The notes below the pieces were generated by a model. It had not been told where the DNA came from, searched no databases, and saw nothing but the letters and a program-made list of their open reading frames with translations. This document shows positions 9,483 to 19,797 of a DNA stretch of 64,000 nucleotides, in pieces (the first letter of the stretch is position 1; each line of letters opens with the position of its first letter). The translations under genes and the position numbers were made by a program. The DNA is taken from assembly GCA_041649475.1 (NCBI GenBank), contig JBAZNA010000001.1, positions 264,612-328,611 on the forward strand, written 5' to 3'. The DNA comes from Patescibacteria group bacterium (GTDB taxonomy: Bacteria > Patescibacteriota > Patescibacteriia > Magasanikbacterales > GWA2-37-8).

Positions 9483-11642
9483 TTAAATATCCAGGTTCTG
9501 CACTTGTTTGGCATGGGTCTGGATGAATTTTTTGCGCGGTTCAACCTCATCGCCCATTAAAATCTCAAACATTTCATTGGCTTTCTCCGCGTCATCAACC
9601 GTCACGCGCTTCATCAACCGGTGAGCCGGATCCATAGTGGTATCCCAAAGCTGTTCGGCATCCATTTCTCCCAAACCTTTGTAGCGCTGGATGTTTACTC
9701 TTACACCGCCGATTTGCAGGGCCTGGACTTCATCACCGCCTTCACCCTCTTCAGACGTGGTCTCACCCTCAACCGGTTCAACTTTCTCAATTTTGGCTTT
9801 GCCCTTTTCTTTTGTCACAGAGGTTTGCAGATCTTTTAAGATTTTTTCCCGATCTTCATCATTAAACGCGTACTGTAAATTTTTTCCATACTTAATGCCG
9901 TAAAGCGGCGGCTGGGCGATCAAAATATGTCCGCCGGTGATTAGAGCGGGGAAGTATCTGTAGAAGAAAGTTAGAAGCAGGGTGCGGATGTGCGAACCAT
10001 CCACATCAGCATCGGTCATAATTATGATTCGGTGATAGCGGAGCTTGGCGATGTCAAACTGTTCGCCGATGTTTGTGCCCAAGGCAATGATTAAAGATTT
10101 TAATTCATTGTTGGTTAAAATTTTGTCCAAGCGGGCGCGTTCAACATTCAAAACTTTTCCGCGCAAGGGCAAGATGGCTTGGTGCTCGCGGTTGCGTCCT
10201 TGTTTGGCGCTGCCGCCGGCCGAGTCGCCCTCAACAATAAACAATTCCGAGTCCTCAGCGTTGCGGCTGCTGCAGTCGGCTAACTTGCCCGGCAGAGTGA
10301 AGCCCTCCAAAGCGCCTTTGCGCAAAATGGTATCGCGGGCGATCTTGGCCGCATTGCGGGCTTTAGCCGCCAACACGCATTTTCCGATAATGGCTTCGGC
10401 GTCTTTTGGATGTTCTTCCAAATAAATCAAGAATTCATCATTCATTATTGTCTCCACCGCGGTTTTAACCTCGGTGTTTCCCAGCTTGGCTTTGGTCTGG
10501 CCTTCAAACTGCGGTTCTTTCACTTTTACGGAAATGATAGTATTTAAACCCTCGCGCACGTCTTCGCCGGTCAGATTCGCATCTTTTTCTTTTAAAATAT
10601 TTTTATTGCGCGCGTAAGTGTTCAAACTGCGGGTGAGAGCGGTTCTAAATCCGGCCACGTGCGTGCCGCCTTCAAGGTTGAATATGTTATTGGTAAAGGC
10701 GAAGAGAGATTCGGTATATTCCTCGCTATACTGTAGGGCGATTTCTACTTTTGTGCCTTCATATTCTTTTTCAACATAAAATATGGTCTCGTTTTTGATT
10801 TCTTTATTTTGGTTCAAGTGGCGGACGTAGGAAGCGATGCCGCCTTCAAAATAAAATTGATAACTTAGGTTCGGGTAATTGATGGAAGTTTTATCAGTTT
10901 CTTTTTCTGCCGGGCTGCGTTTGTCGGCTATGCTGATTCTGATGCCCTTGGACAAATAAGCCATTTGGCGGACATGGTCAACAATTGTTTTCCATTCATA
11001 ATCCAGGGTCTCAAAAATTGTATCATCGGCTTTGAAGGTTATAATGGTACCGCGATCTTTGCAGGTGCCAATCTGGTGAACTTTTTTAATCGGATTGCCG
11101 ATGTGATATTCCTGCACCCAAATTTTGCCGTCGTGGTGAACCTCGGCTTTGGTATAAGAAGATAAAGCGTTTACTACTGACACGCCCACGCCGTGCAAAC
11201 CGCCGGAGACCTTATAACTGTCGGAATCAAATTTTCCGCCGGCATGAAGTTTGGTCATGACGACTTCCAAAGCGCTGACTTTCATCTGCGGATGAATGTC
11301 AACCGGAATGCCGCGGCCGTTATCTTTGACTTCAACTATGTGATCCGGCAAGAGGGTAATGTCAATCTGGTTACAAAATCCGGCCATGGCTTCATCAATG
11401 GAGTTATCAACCACTTCCCAGATAAGATGATGCAAACCAACCGGTCCGGTTGAACCGATATACATGCCCGGCCTACGGCGGACTGCTTCCAATCCTTCGA
11501 GGACAGTAATGTTTTTGGCGCTGTAACCGCCGTCTGGTTTTTTTAATTCTTTTTTAGGAGCCGATTTTGGTGCCGCTTTTTTTGGCGCTGGTGTGGACTT
11601 TTTTTCTTCAATTCTTCCCCTTTGAACTCGTTTAATAGGCAT
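9483..11642 (-). CDS. gyrB: DNA gyrase subunit B
   Basis: GLHHLIWEVVDNSIDEAMAG, GGKFD..SYKVSGGLHGVG, the TOPRIM region (EGDSAGGSAKQGR) and a GyrB C-terminus. A lysine/proline-rich N-terminal extension is present. Confidence 0.95.
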   Translation of the reverse strand: MPIKRVQRGRIEEKKSTPAPKKAAPKSAPKKELKKPDGGYSAKNITVLEGLEAVRRRPGMYIGSTGPVGLHHLIWEVVDNSIDEAMAGFCNQIDITLLPDHIVEVKDNGRGIPVDIHPQMKVSALEVVMTKLHAGGKFDSDSYKVSGGLHGVGVSVVNALSSYTKAEVHHDGKIWVQEYHIGNPIKKVHQIGTCKDRGTIITFKADDTIFETLDYEWKTIVDHVRQMAYLSKGIRISIADKRSPAEKETDKTSINYPNLSYQFYFEGGIASYVRHLNQNKEIKNETIFYVEKEYEGTKVEIALQYSEEYTESLFAFTNNIFNLEGGTHVAGFRTALTRSLNTYARNKNILKEKDANLTGEDVREGLNTIISVKVKEPQFEGQTKAKLGNTEVKTAVETIMNDEFLIYLEEHPKDAEAIIGKCVLAAKARNAAKIARDTILRKGALEGFTLPGKLADCSSRNAEDSELFIVEGDSAGGSAKQGRNREHQAILPLRGKVLNVERARLDKILTNNELKSLIIALGTNIGEQFDIAKLRYHRIIIMTDADVDGSHIRTLLLTFFYRYFPALITGGHILIAQPPLYGIKYGKNLQYAFNDEDREKILKDLQTSVTKEKGKAKIEKVEPVEGETTSEEGEGGDEVQALQIGGVRVNIQRYKGLGEMDAEQLWDTTMDPAHRLMKRVTVDDAEKANEMFEILMGDEVEPRKKFIQTHAKQVQNLDI

Positions 11643-11693
11643 ATTTTGATGGCAGGAAAATAGAATTTAACAGGTATATTTTACCACATATCT

Positions 11694-12668
11694 ATGTGTA
11701 GGGCAAGGGTTTTGTGGTATAATTATTTACGTATGCTCAATCTCTATAACATCAACAATCATAATGGGTCCACAGCCGTGCCCCCGACCAATCAGGCCAA
11801 GAAGAAAGTGAATATTGCCAAATATGAGGATCCGACCAATGAATTTGGCGCCAAGGAATTTATGTATGGCACCTGGTATGTCAAGCACCGGCTGACTTTA
11901 TATAAAACACTGATTGGTTCTCTTATCGGTCTAAGCGCAATTTTTTGGCTTTTCAGTTTATGGAAATGGGGCGTGTATCTTTTGGATTATAATAAAACCC
12001 AGCAACTCCAGCAATCGCTTTCCAGTTCCATAAATTATACCGGCATCCATTCACATTTTTCAGCCCAACCGATTGCCGTTATCAGTTCGCAGGTTTTGCC
12101 GTCCGGGCAGAACAAATACGCGGCCGTGGCGCAAGTCATAAATCCCAACGACCGGTTTTTAGTTTTTTTTGATTATTATTTTGTCGTCAACGGACAAAAT
12201 ACTCCGGTGCAAAAAACTTTCCTGCTTCCGGGTGAAAGCCGGCCCCTGTCTTATCTGGGAGTGGAAAATGCCGGCGGCGTTGATTTGGTTTTGGAAAATA
12301 TCACTTGGCAGAGAATTTCCAGCCACGACGTGGTAAACACCAAAGAATTCCAGGCATACCGCTTGAATTTTACAGTCAGCGATTTTGTTTTCCTAAAGTC
12401 GCTGGCCCAGGAAGGCAACAATGCGGACGCGGTGCAGTTTCAGTTGACAAATAACAGTCCGTATAGTTATGTAAATCCTGACTTCTATGTGGTCTTGTCG
12501 AGCAGTGGCGGAATGGTTGGCATATTGCCTTTGCATTTGGATTCAATTAAATCTCTTGAAACCAAAAGTGTTGACTTGCGCAGTTTGGCGCCAGGACTAT
12601 ATGTCAGCGATATTGCCATATACCCGATAATCAACGTCTACGACAGTTCGGTTTACCTGTCACCATAA
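11694..12668 (+). CDS. Hypothetical membrane-anchored protein (single N-terminal TM). The start may be at 11733
   Basis: ORF with one predicted TM (LIGSLIGLSAIFWLFSLW) and no recognisable domain. Confidence 0.5.
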   Translation: MCRARVLWYNYLRMLNLYNINNHNGSTAVPPTNQAKKKVNIAKYEDPTNEFGAKEFMYGTWYVKHRLTLYKTLIGSLIGLSAIFWLFSLWKWGVYLLDYNKTQQLQQSLSSSINYTGIHSHFSAQPIAVISSQVLPSGQNKYAAVAQVINPNDRFLVFFDYYFVVNGQNTPVQKTFLLPGESRPLSYLGVENAGGVDLVLENITWQRISSHDVVNTKEFQAYRLNFTVSDFVFLKSLAQEGNNADAVQFQLTNNSPYSYVNPDFYVVLSSSGGMVGILPLHLDSIKSLETKSVDLRSLAPGLYVSDIAIYPIINVYDSSVYLSP

Positions 12669-12670
12669 GT

Positions 12671-13765
12671 ATGTTAAACCTGGGCAAGTTTTCCCCGCGC
12701 AGTTTTGACTGGAAACTTTTTGTTTCGGTTCTGCTTTTAATTCTGATCGGGCTCTCTGCAATCTACAGCGTTGATCTTTCCCGCGGTTCCGGTCTGGTTG
12801 ATTTTAAAAAACAATTACTCGCCTTCGGAGTTGGTTTGGTTTTGCTCACACTGGTAAGCATGATCCAATACAAGGTGTGGCAATATTCGGCCAAATGGTT
12901 TTTTTTGGCCGCGCTTTTACTTTTGATTGCAGTTTTATTTTTCGGTTCTACCATCCGCGGCACGCGCGGCTGGTTTGCTTTTACCGGCTTTTCTTTTCAG
13001 CCGGTTGAGGTGGCAAAAATCGGAATTATTTTAATGCTCGCTTATATTATTTCAAAATTCGGACGGCGTTTTGAGCGGCCCCTGTTTTTTTTCGGCACTT
13101 TGGTCATCACTCTGGCGCTGATTTTTTTGGTAATGCTTCAGCCGGATTTGGGCTCGGCGGTTCTCCTGGGCGCGATTTGGTTCGGCCTGATGTGGGCGGT
13201 CGGTAGCCGGCGTCTTTTTTTAATTTTATTGGTGTCGGTAATTATGGCTCTTGGTGTCAGCGGCTGGTTTTTCTTTTTGAAAGATTATCAGAAAGACCGC
13301 ATCACCACTTTTATCAATCCGAGCAGGGATCCGCTCGGATCCGGATACAACATAACTCAATCCACGATTGCCATCGGCGCCGGCAAATTATTTGGCCGCG
13401 GTTTGGGTTTTGGCTCGCAAAGCCAGATGAAATTTTTGCCGGAAGCGCAAACCGACTTCATATTTTCCGTAATCGGCGAGGAACTTGGTTTGGCCGGAGT
13501 GTGTCTGCTCTTGGTTTTATTCGGCATCATTTTTTGGCGGTTGATTGTTTTGATCAGAAGCGCTGAAGATGACTTTGTTTCAGCGGCCGCCACCGGCATT
13601 TTGATATTGTTTTTTGTCCAATTTATAACCAATGTCGCCGCAACCATCGGTCTTTTGCCAATCACCGGCGTCACCTTGCCTTTTGTCAGCTATGGCGGCT
13701 CATCGCTGATTATTAACCTGTTTTTGGTGGGACTACTGGAAAGCATGCAGGTTAAAAAGTATTAA
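12671..13765 (+). CDS. SEDS-family peptidoglycan glycosyltransferase (FtsW/RodA)
   Basis: Ten-TM architecture with conserved QPVE.AK, FLPE..TDFIFSVIGEELG and LP.TG.TLPFVSYGGSS motifs. Confidence 0.9.
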   Translation: MLNLGKFSPRSFDWKLFVSVLLLILIGLSAIYSVDLSRGSGLVDFKKQLLAFGVGLVLLTLVSMIQYKVWQYSAKWFFLAALLLLIAVLFFGSTIRGTRGWFAFTGFSFQPVEVAKIGIILMLAYIISKFGRRFERPLFFFGTLVITLALIFLVMLQPDLGSAVLLGAIWFGLMWAVGSRRLFLILLVSVIMALGVSGWFFFLKDYQKDRITTFINPSRDPLGSGYNITQSTIAIGAGKLFGRGLGFGSQSQMKFLPEAQTDFIFSVIGEELGLAGVCLLLVLFGIIFWRLIVLIRSAEDDFVSAAATGILILFFVQFITNVAATIGLLPITGVTLPFVSYGGSSLIINLFLVGLLESMQVKKY

Positions 13766-13815
13766 TATTGACATTTTTAGCAAAATAATTTAGAATTAGT
13801 GCACTAGCGCAAACT

Positions 13816-14157
13816 ATGCCTCTTAACACAATCGGTCAGGAATCTTGGCGAAAAACCTTAAAATTTATCAGCCAATGCCCGGTTTGCGGCAGGGAGTACA
13901 AAAAAGAATCGGCTAGGCAATTTGCCAACAAAAATAAAGCTCAATTTATCCATCTTGGCTGTGACGGTTGCAAAAGCAATTTTATGGCCGTGATAATGAT
14001 TTTGGGCACAGGCATCAGCACCCTGGGCATGGTCACTGATCTGGGTTTTGAAGATGCCAAGCGGTTGTATGAACAGGCGCCGCTTTCCATTGATGACGTA
14101 ATTGAAGGACATAAAAATATTAAACATAAAGATTTTTTTAATCAACTTTTCGTATGA
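13816..14157 (+). CDS. Hypothetical protein with C4 zinc-ribbon (CPVCG...CDGC) and one hydrophobic segment
   Basis: Motifs read directly; no family assignable. Confidence 0.45.
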   Translation: MPLNTIGQESWRKTLKFISQCPVCGREYKKESARQFANKNKAQFIHLGCDGCKSNFMAVIMILGTGISTLGMVTDLGFEDAKRLYEQAPLSIDDVIEGHKNIKHKDFFNQLFV

Positions 14158-14891
14158 CCTTTAAATTAACTGCAAACGAGAGAACTGAAAAAGGAGAAAA
14201 AGTGAGAAGCAAGACCGTAATTCCGGCCGTGGTTTATGGCGCCGGTTCCGAGTCCGTTTCTTTGGCATTGAACTATGAAGATTTTGCCAAATTATACAAA
14301 GAGGCCGGCGAGGCCAGCTTGGTTGATTTGTCAATCGGTTCAAAAAATGAAGGCAAGGTTTTGATCCACGATATTCAATATGATCCGGTGACAGACAGAA
14401 TCATCCATGTTGATTTGCGCCGCATTGATATGAATAAAGCCATGACCGCCACGGTTGAACTGCGCTTTACCAGCGAGTCGCCGGCTATCAAAGAGCAGGG
14501 TGGTACCTTGGTGCATAACATTGATGAGGTAGAGGTAACCTGTTTGCCGCAAGATTTGGTTTCCCACATTGATGTTGATTTGTCTATTTTGAAAACATTT
14601 GATGACGCGATTAAAGTAAAGGACTTGAATGTGCCGAAGGGCATTACCATCACCAGCCCGCACGCTGAAGACCTGGTTGTCAAAGCGGCTCCGGCTTTGA
14701 CCGAAGAAGAAATCAAGGCCATGGAAGAAGCCGCCAAGCCGGCTGACTTGTCTGCCATTGAAGTATCCGGCAAGAAACCGGAAGAGGGCGAGGAAGGTGA
14801 AGCTGCTGCGGCAGAGGGCGAGGCGGGCAAAGCCGAAGCTGGCAAAGCCGCCCCGGAGTCAGTTGCGAAAGAAGAAAAGAAAAAAGAATAA
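14154..14891 (+). CDS. rplY: 50S ribosomal protein L25 / general stress protein Ctc, with an E/K/A-rich C-terminal tail
   Basis: RTEKGEKVRSKTVIPAVVYG...EDFAKLYKEAGE is the bL25 N-domain. Confidence 0.85.
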   Translation: MTFKLTANERTEKGEKVRSKTVIPAVVYGAGSESVSLALNYEDFAKLYKEAGEASLVDLSIGSKNEGKVLIHDIQYDPVTDRIIHVDLRRIDMNKAMTATVELRFTSESPAIKEQGGTLVHNIDEVEVTCLPQDLVSHIDVDLSILKTFDDAIKVKDLNVPKGITITSPHAEDLVVKAAPALTEEEIKAMEEAAKPADLSAIEVSGKKPEEGEEGEAAAAEGEAGKAEAGKAAPESVAKEEKKKE

Positions 14892-14945
14892 ATATGAAAG
14901 AAAATGGTTGCCTCAAGCGACCATTTTTGATATAATAATTTTACT

Positions 14946-15998
14946 ATGAATAAACAAATGCTTTTTTGGGGATCTTTGGTGGCGACAGTGCTCATCGCGA
15001 TTTCGGTTGGGGTATTTTTTTATTATATCCCTCTGCAAAACGAGGTAGAGGCCGCGTCCCGCGTTGCGGTCGTGTCCAAACCAAAATACATAAACGAGTT
15101 TGACGGTCAAGCTGTGTCTCTTAAAACCGATATTGATCCGCAGGTGATTGCGATTATGATTGATAACCAAACCGACGCGCGGCCGCAACTTGGTTTAGCA
15201 AAAGCAAAAATAGTTTATGAGGTTCCGGTTGAAGGCGAGTTTACCAGATACATGGCGCTGTATGATAACAAACAAAACCTGGCGCAAGTGGGACCGGTGC
15301 GAAGCGCGCGCACCTACTTCCTTGATTGGCTGGGAGAATATGGGCGGGGATTATATATGCATTCCGGCGGATCACCCGATGCCTTAAATCAAATTTTACA
15401 GAGAAATATTTTTGATGCCAACGAATTTTCCTGGGGCAGTTATTATTGGCGTGACGCCGGCAAAAGCGCGCCGCATAATTTATATACAAAAAGTTTGGCC
15501 TGGCAATCGCTTGTTACTTTGTACAGCACCTCAACCGACAAAATGCGGCCGGGTAGCGGTTGGAAATATCTAACCACTATCGGTAAGCCGACATCCGCGC
15601 AAAATGCAGTTAAAATTACTTATGATCCGAGTTATATCGTCAGCTGGCAATATGATGTGAAGGCAATGAGTTATGTGCGGTATATAAACGGAGTACAGTA
15701 TCTGGATGCTGATGGTTCGCAGGTGCGCGCCAGAAATATTTTGGTTCAATATGTTTCAGTTAGTGTTTTAGACAGTGAAGGACGAAAAGGCATAACTACA
15801 ATTGGCACCGGCAAGGGCTATGTGTTGGAAAAAGGCAATGCCATTATTGCTACTTGGAAGAAAAAATCTTTAACTGACCGGACGCGATTTTATACCAGTC
15901 AAGGCAAAGAAGTTACCCTTTTACCGGGAACAACCTGGGTGGAAGTAGTGCCCAGTGACGGGAAAGTTAACCTAACGAGCGGTAAAGTCAAGAATTAA
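14946..15998 (+). CDS. DUF3048-domain (YerB-like) secreted/membrane-anchored protein
   Basis: Signal-anchor followed by ARPQ.GL..A.IVYE.PVEGEFTRYMALY, typical of DUF3048. Confidence 0.6.
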   Translation: MNKQMLFWGSLVATVLIAISVGVFFYYIPLQNEVEAASRVAVVSKPKYINEFDGQAVSLKTDIDPQVIAIMIDNQTDARPQLGLAKAKIVYEVPVEGEFTRYMALYDNKQNLAQVGPVRSARTYFLDWLGEYGRGLYMHSGGSPDALNQILQRNIFDANEFSWGSYYWRDAGKSAPHNLYTKSLAWQSLVTLYSTSTDKMRPGSGWKYLTTIGKPTSAQNAVKITYDPSYIVSWQYDVKAMSYVRYINGVQYLDADGSQVRARNILVQYVSVSVLDSEGRKGITTIGTGKGYVLEKGNAIIATWKKKSLTDRTRFYTSQGKEVTLLPGTTWVEVVPSDGKVNLTSGKVKN

Positions 15999-16786
15999 TT
16001 TTTTATAATCACAGTCCTGTCCAGCCCGGACAGGTCTTTTTTTATCTCAAATTCGGCTTGGGGCAGGTATTTTTTTATAAGTTCCGGAATTTTGTCTGCC
16101 TGGGCCGGGTCAATTTCCAAAAATACAGTAATGTGATTCTTTAGTTGCCGGATTTGTCGTAAAAGGTTTTCATAAATTGCCAGACCGTTTGTGTTGTCTG
16201 CGATTAAAGCGATTTTTGGTTCTTTTTTAATTGAGGGCTCGCGGTTGAATTGTTCCCGGGTAAGGTAGGGGAGATTGGCGGTGATGATTAAGCGATGGGA
16301 TTGATCAAAATCAGGCAGTGATTTAAGCAAATCACTGTGCATGAAGTTTATTTTTACGCCATGTTGAATGGCGTTTATTTTGGCCACGCGCAGGGCTGAT
16401 TTAGAAATATCAATGGCGTAAACCTTGGTGTTTGCCGGCGCAATAGATTTTAAAATTGAAATCGGAATACAGCCGCTGCCGGTACCTACATCAATTAAAA
16501 CCGCTCCGGGATTTTTTCGGCATTTATCAATCGCATTTTCCACCAAGAGTTCCGTCTCCGGCCGGGGGATTAAAACATTTTTATCCACATAAAAATCAAG
16601 ACCGAAAAATTCTTTATGTTTTGTAATCGTTGCCACAGCATAACCCCGGTGATATTTAAATAAAAAATATCTAAATTTTAATCTCTGCCAAAAATTCGGC
16701 TTATATTCCGGATGGGTATATAAAAATTCCCGGTTTTTGAGGGTACTGTGGGCGCGCAGCAAATCAAGATCTAAATTATCTGACAT
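15995..16786 (-). CDS. prmC: Release factor glutamine N5-methyltransferase PrmC/HemK
   Basis: VLIPRPETE, VGTGSGCI and NLPY (NPPY-type) motifs. Lies adjacent to prfA. Confidence 0.85.
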   Translation of the reverse strand: MSDNLDLDLLRAHSTLKNREFLYTHPEYKPNFWQRLKFRYFLFKYHRGYAVATITKHKEFFGLDFYVDKNVLIPRPETELLVENAIDKCRKNPGAVLIDVGTGSGCIPISILKSIAPANTKVYAIDISKSALRVAKINAIQHGVKINFMHSDLLKSLPDFDQSHRLIITANLPYLTREQFNREPSIKKEPKIALIADNTNGLAIYENLLRQIRQLKNHITVFLEIDPAQADKIPELIKKYLPQAEFEIKKDLSGLDRTVIIKN

Positions 16787-18251
16787 ATTTTATTAGCTGA
16801 TCATATTCCAAAAGCCGCGGTTTAAAAACACCCGCCTGTTTCCAGCCGTTTTCTTCAATCGTTTTTTTTAAATTGTCATTTTCTTGGCTGTTATAAAACA
16901 AGTATAAATCAGTATAGTTTTCCAGCCTTGCTTCCTTTACCCATTTTTGCGTTTCGTCTTTCGGAAAAGTATGTATTAAATAATTTTTTGTGATCAAATC
17001 AAAATCCCAGTCGCGTTTTGCGGCGGACGCATCGGGGTAATAGGGGATATCGGGCATTTGGCCGGTGTAATACCTGTCTATATGGTACTTATCGGAAAAG
17101 TGCGTGTATACAACAATTTGTTTTTTATTTTTATTATATTCCTGATTTAAATAAGTGTTGGTTGACCCCCAGTCATTTATTGGCAGTAATTTTGTTAATC
17201 CGACAATACCCGGCAAGCTAAACACAAATATGGCGGTTATTAAAATTAAATTAGAATTAATATAAAGATTTAATAAATAGCCGATGATGATAAAAATAAA
17301 TGGCCAGCTGATTATAAAGAATTTTATATTCCACACATTGAGCATGGTCATTGCCGCAATTGGCAGGACAGCGCTAAAGATTAGCCATTTAAAATTAGGA
17401 TTAACAGCTTTGGCTTGTTTCTGTTTGAAAATAGCTAAGGCCACGGCCAACAAAAACAGCATCATTATGATCAGGCCAAAATACAAGGGTGACGGGCCGG
17501 TGAAAAGCGGCTGTAATGATTGGGCTTTTTCAGCCCACTTGTTACTGATTTGGAAATACCAGGCCTGACCCAGCGAAGGATTTGTGAATTTAAAATAAAA
17601 AGAGGGAACAGCCCAAATGAGCCACAACATAACCGGTATGATCACGGTTTTAATCCAGGAAACGGCTCGGGTTTTTTTAAAAACTAACAAATATAGAAAT
17701 TGACCGAACAAAAGCACGGTCGCGGTCAGGTGAGCGTATAGTAGAAAAACAACTAAAGCCGTAAAAATTATTTTGTTTTTCTTTGCTGCGTTATCTGTTA
17801 AAAATATTTCATAGAAATACATTGAGGCGGCAATGGTCAGGAAGATAAAAATTGAATAAACCCGGGCTGTGTCGGAGATAAAAATATGATAAGAACTGAT
17901 GGCGAGCAGCCCCGCGCCAATCAAGCCGGTTTTGGCATTGAACAATTTTTTGGCGAAAAGATAAATAAAATACACGCTCAATACGCCAAAAATCAAACTC
18001 GGCATTCTGGTCCAGAATTCATTGGCCGGAAAAATGTAAAACCAGAGCTTAAGCAAGAATGTATGAAGCGGGGGATTGGTTTCCCAAATCCAAAATTTGG
18101 TAATGCTAAGAAGCCACGGTTTTTGGCTGTAAACAAAGTTAAACATTTCATCGCTCCAAAAATCACCGTAGCGAAAAAGCGCGGCCAAACGCAGAATAAA
18201 GGCGAGGCAAATAATCAAAATCAGAGTGAGTTTTGTTTTATTAATCTTCAT
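16776..18251 (-). CDS. GT39/GT83-type membrane glycosyltransferase (ArnT/PMT-like). The start is set to the internal Met to avoid an 85-nt overlap with prfA
   Basis: About 11 TM segments plus a C-terminal soluble domain. N-terminal RL.S.LFG..S..Y pattern of the PMT_2 family. Confidence 0.6.
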   Translation of the reverse strand: MKINKTKLTLILIICLAFILRLAALFRYGDFWSDEMFNFVYSQKPWLLSITKFWIWETNPPLHTFLLKLWFYIFPANEFWTRMPSLIFGVLSVYFIYLFAKKLFNAKTGLIGAGLLAISSYHIFISDTARVYSIFIFLTIAASMYFYEIFLTDNAAKKNKIIFTALVVFLLYAHLTATVLLFGQFLYLLVFKKTRAVSWIKTVIIPVMLWLIWAVPSFYFKFTNPSLGQAWYFQISNKWAEKAQSLQPLFTGPSPLYFGLIIMMLFLLAVALAIFKQKQAKAVNPNFKWLIFSAVLPIAAMTMLNVWNIKFFIISWPFIFIIIGYLLNLYINSNLILITAIFVFSLPGIVGLTKLLPINDWGSTNTYLNQEYNKNKKQIVVYTHFSDKYHIDRYYTGQMPDIPYYPDASAAKRDWDFDLITKNYLIHTFPKDETQKWVKEARLENYTDLYLFYNSQENDNLKKTIEENGWKQAGVFKPRLLEYDQLIKYVR

Positions 18252-19329
18252 CGTTTTCCGCCGGTTCAAAAGCAAATTTTTCCGGATGATAATCGGCATC
18301 GCGCAGGGCCAAAATAATTTGTTCAAGTTTGCCGTCTAAGATTGTGCCGATGTTGTTCCAGCTCCGGTGAATTCTATGATCCGTGATGCGGTCCTGGGGG
18401 TAATTGTAGGTTCTGATTTTTTCACTGCGATCGCCGCTGCCGATTTGTGAACGTCTTTTTTCAGTCAGTTCTTTTTGTTTTTTCTCCTGTTCCATGGCAA
18501 AGAGGCGGGCGCGCAGAACGGCCATGGCCTTTTCGCGGTTGGCGGTTTGGGAACGCTCATCCTGGCACTGGACAACGGTATTGGTCGGCAGATGCACGAT
18601 GCGCACGGCCGAATAAGTCGTGTTCACGCTTTGACCGCCATGGCCGCCCGCGCAAAAGGTGTCAATGCGCAAATCTTTGGGATCAATTTTTATTTCGGTT
18701 TCCTCAATCTCCGGCAATACCGCCACGGTGGCCGTTGAGGTATGTATCCGGCCGGATTTTTCGGTTTCCGGAACTCGTTGCACACGGTGTACACCCATCT
18801 CGTATTTCAAATCTTTGTAAGCGTTTTTTCCTTTTATGGAAAAAATAACTTCTTTAAAACCGCCGATGCCGATGCGGTTGGCATCAACCAGCTGGGTTTT
18901 CCATTTGTGGTCTTCGGCGTAGCGGCTATACATTCTAAAAAGATTGGCCGCAAAAAGCGCGGATTCATCTCCGCCAACCCCGGCGCGGATTTCAATGATA
19001 ACGTCTTTTTTGTCCATCGGATCTTGCGGCCGGGTTATTTCTTCAAGCTCCGCTTCAATTTGGATTTTTTTGGCCTGCAAATCGGGGAGTTCGGCCGCGG
19101 CCATCTCGCGCAAGCCATCGTCTTTTTCATCGGCTAAAATTAATTCCGTTTCGGCGATGCTTTTTTCCAATCCGTCCAGCTCGTTTATTTTTTCAGCCAC
19201 CGGTTTGTTTTCGGTATATTCTTGGGAAATCTCTTTTATTTTTTTAGGATCATTAAGCACGGCCTGGTCCTGCAAATCGGCTTCAAGTTTTTGAAATTTA
19301 TTTTTTAATTCCGCGTACTTCTTTAACAT
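18241..19329 (-). CDS. prfA: Peptide chain release factor 1
   Basis: GGQ motif ([12 protein letters not shown]) and the PxT-region pattern of RF1. prmC is downstream. Confidence 0.95.
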   Translation of the reverse strand: MLKKYAELKNKFQKLEADLQDQAVLNDPKKIKEISQEYTENKPVAEKINELDGLEKSIAETELILADEKDDGLREMAAAELPDLQAKKIQIEAELEEITRPQDPMDKKDVIIEIRAGVGGDESALFAANLFRMYSRYAEDHKWKTQLVDANRIGIGGFKEVIFSIKGKNAYKDLKYEMGVHRVQRVPETEKSGRIHTSTATVAVLPEIEETEIKIDPKDLRIDTFCAGGHGGQSVNTTYSAVRIVHLPTNTVVQCQDERSQTANREKAMAVLRARLFAMEQEKKQKELTEKRRSQIGSGDRSEKIRTYNYPQDRITDHRIHRSWNNIGTILDGKLEQIILALRDADYHPEKFAFEPAENDED

Positions 19330-19391
19330 AAGGTATATTTATAAAAAAACAGACCAAATTAATTATAGTCCGTTTTTTCAATTTTATAAAG

Positions 19392-19700
19392 CTAAGCTTT
19401 TTTGGTTGTCTTTTTAGTATCTGCTTTTTTGGCCGCTTTCTTGGCGGTAACCACGGCCTTCTTAACTTTTTTGCCTTTTCTGGCCGCGGCGGCCTTGGTT
19501 TTTTTATCGGCACGTTCCTGGAATTTTTCCACGCGTCTGGCCGTGTCCACAAATTTTTGTTTTCCGGTATAAAAAGGATGGCACTTATCGCAGAGCTCAA
19601 CCCGGATTGCTTTCATTGTACTGCCGGTAGTAAATGTGTTTCCGCAGGCGCAGGTTACGACCGCGTCATTGTGATATTCCGGATGGATGTCTTTTTTCAT
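19392..19700 (-). CDS. rpmE: 50S ribosomal protein L31 with lysine-rich C-terminal extension
   Basis: MKKDIHPEY...CxC..F....[12 protein letters not shown] is canonical bL31, followed by a K/A-rich tail. Confidence 0.9.
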   Translation of the reverse strand: MKKDIHPEYHNDAVVTCACGNTFTTGSTMKAIRVELCDKCHPFYTGKQKFVDTARRVEKFQERADKKTKAAAARKGKKVKKAVVTAKKAAKKADTKKTTKKA

Positions 19701-19748
19701 AATTTTTTGATTGGATATTGAGTTAATCTTGATTATTTAGCCAAAATG

Positions 19749-19763
19749 TGCTATAATTATAGC
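19749..19763. promoter_or_regulatory. Palindromic extended -10 (TGcTATAAT inside GCTATAATTATAGC) in the divergent rpmE / PP2C intergenic region; a potential bidirectional promoter
   Basis: 14-bp perfect palindrome that reads TATAAT on both strands. Confidence 0.45.
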
Positions 19764-19797
19764 ATAATTTAAATAATTGTCAACTATCTCTAATTAT

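Noticed and set aside
19298-19600. 100-aa lysine/arginine-rich minus-strand ORF overlapping rpmE
   Set aside because: Out-of-frame shadow of the lysine-rich rpmE tail.
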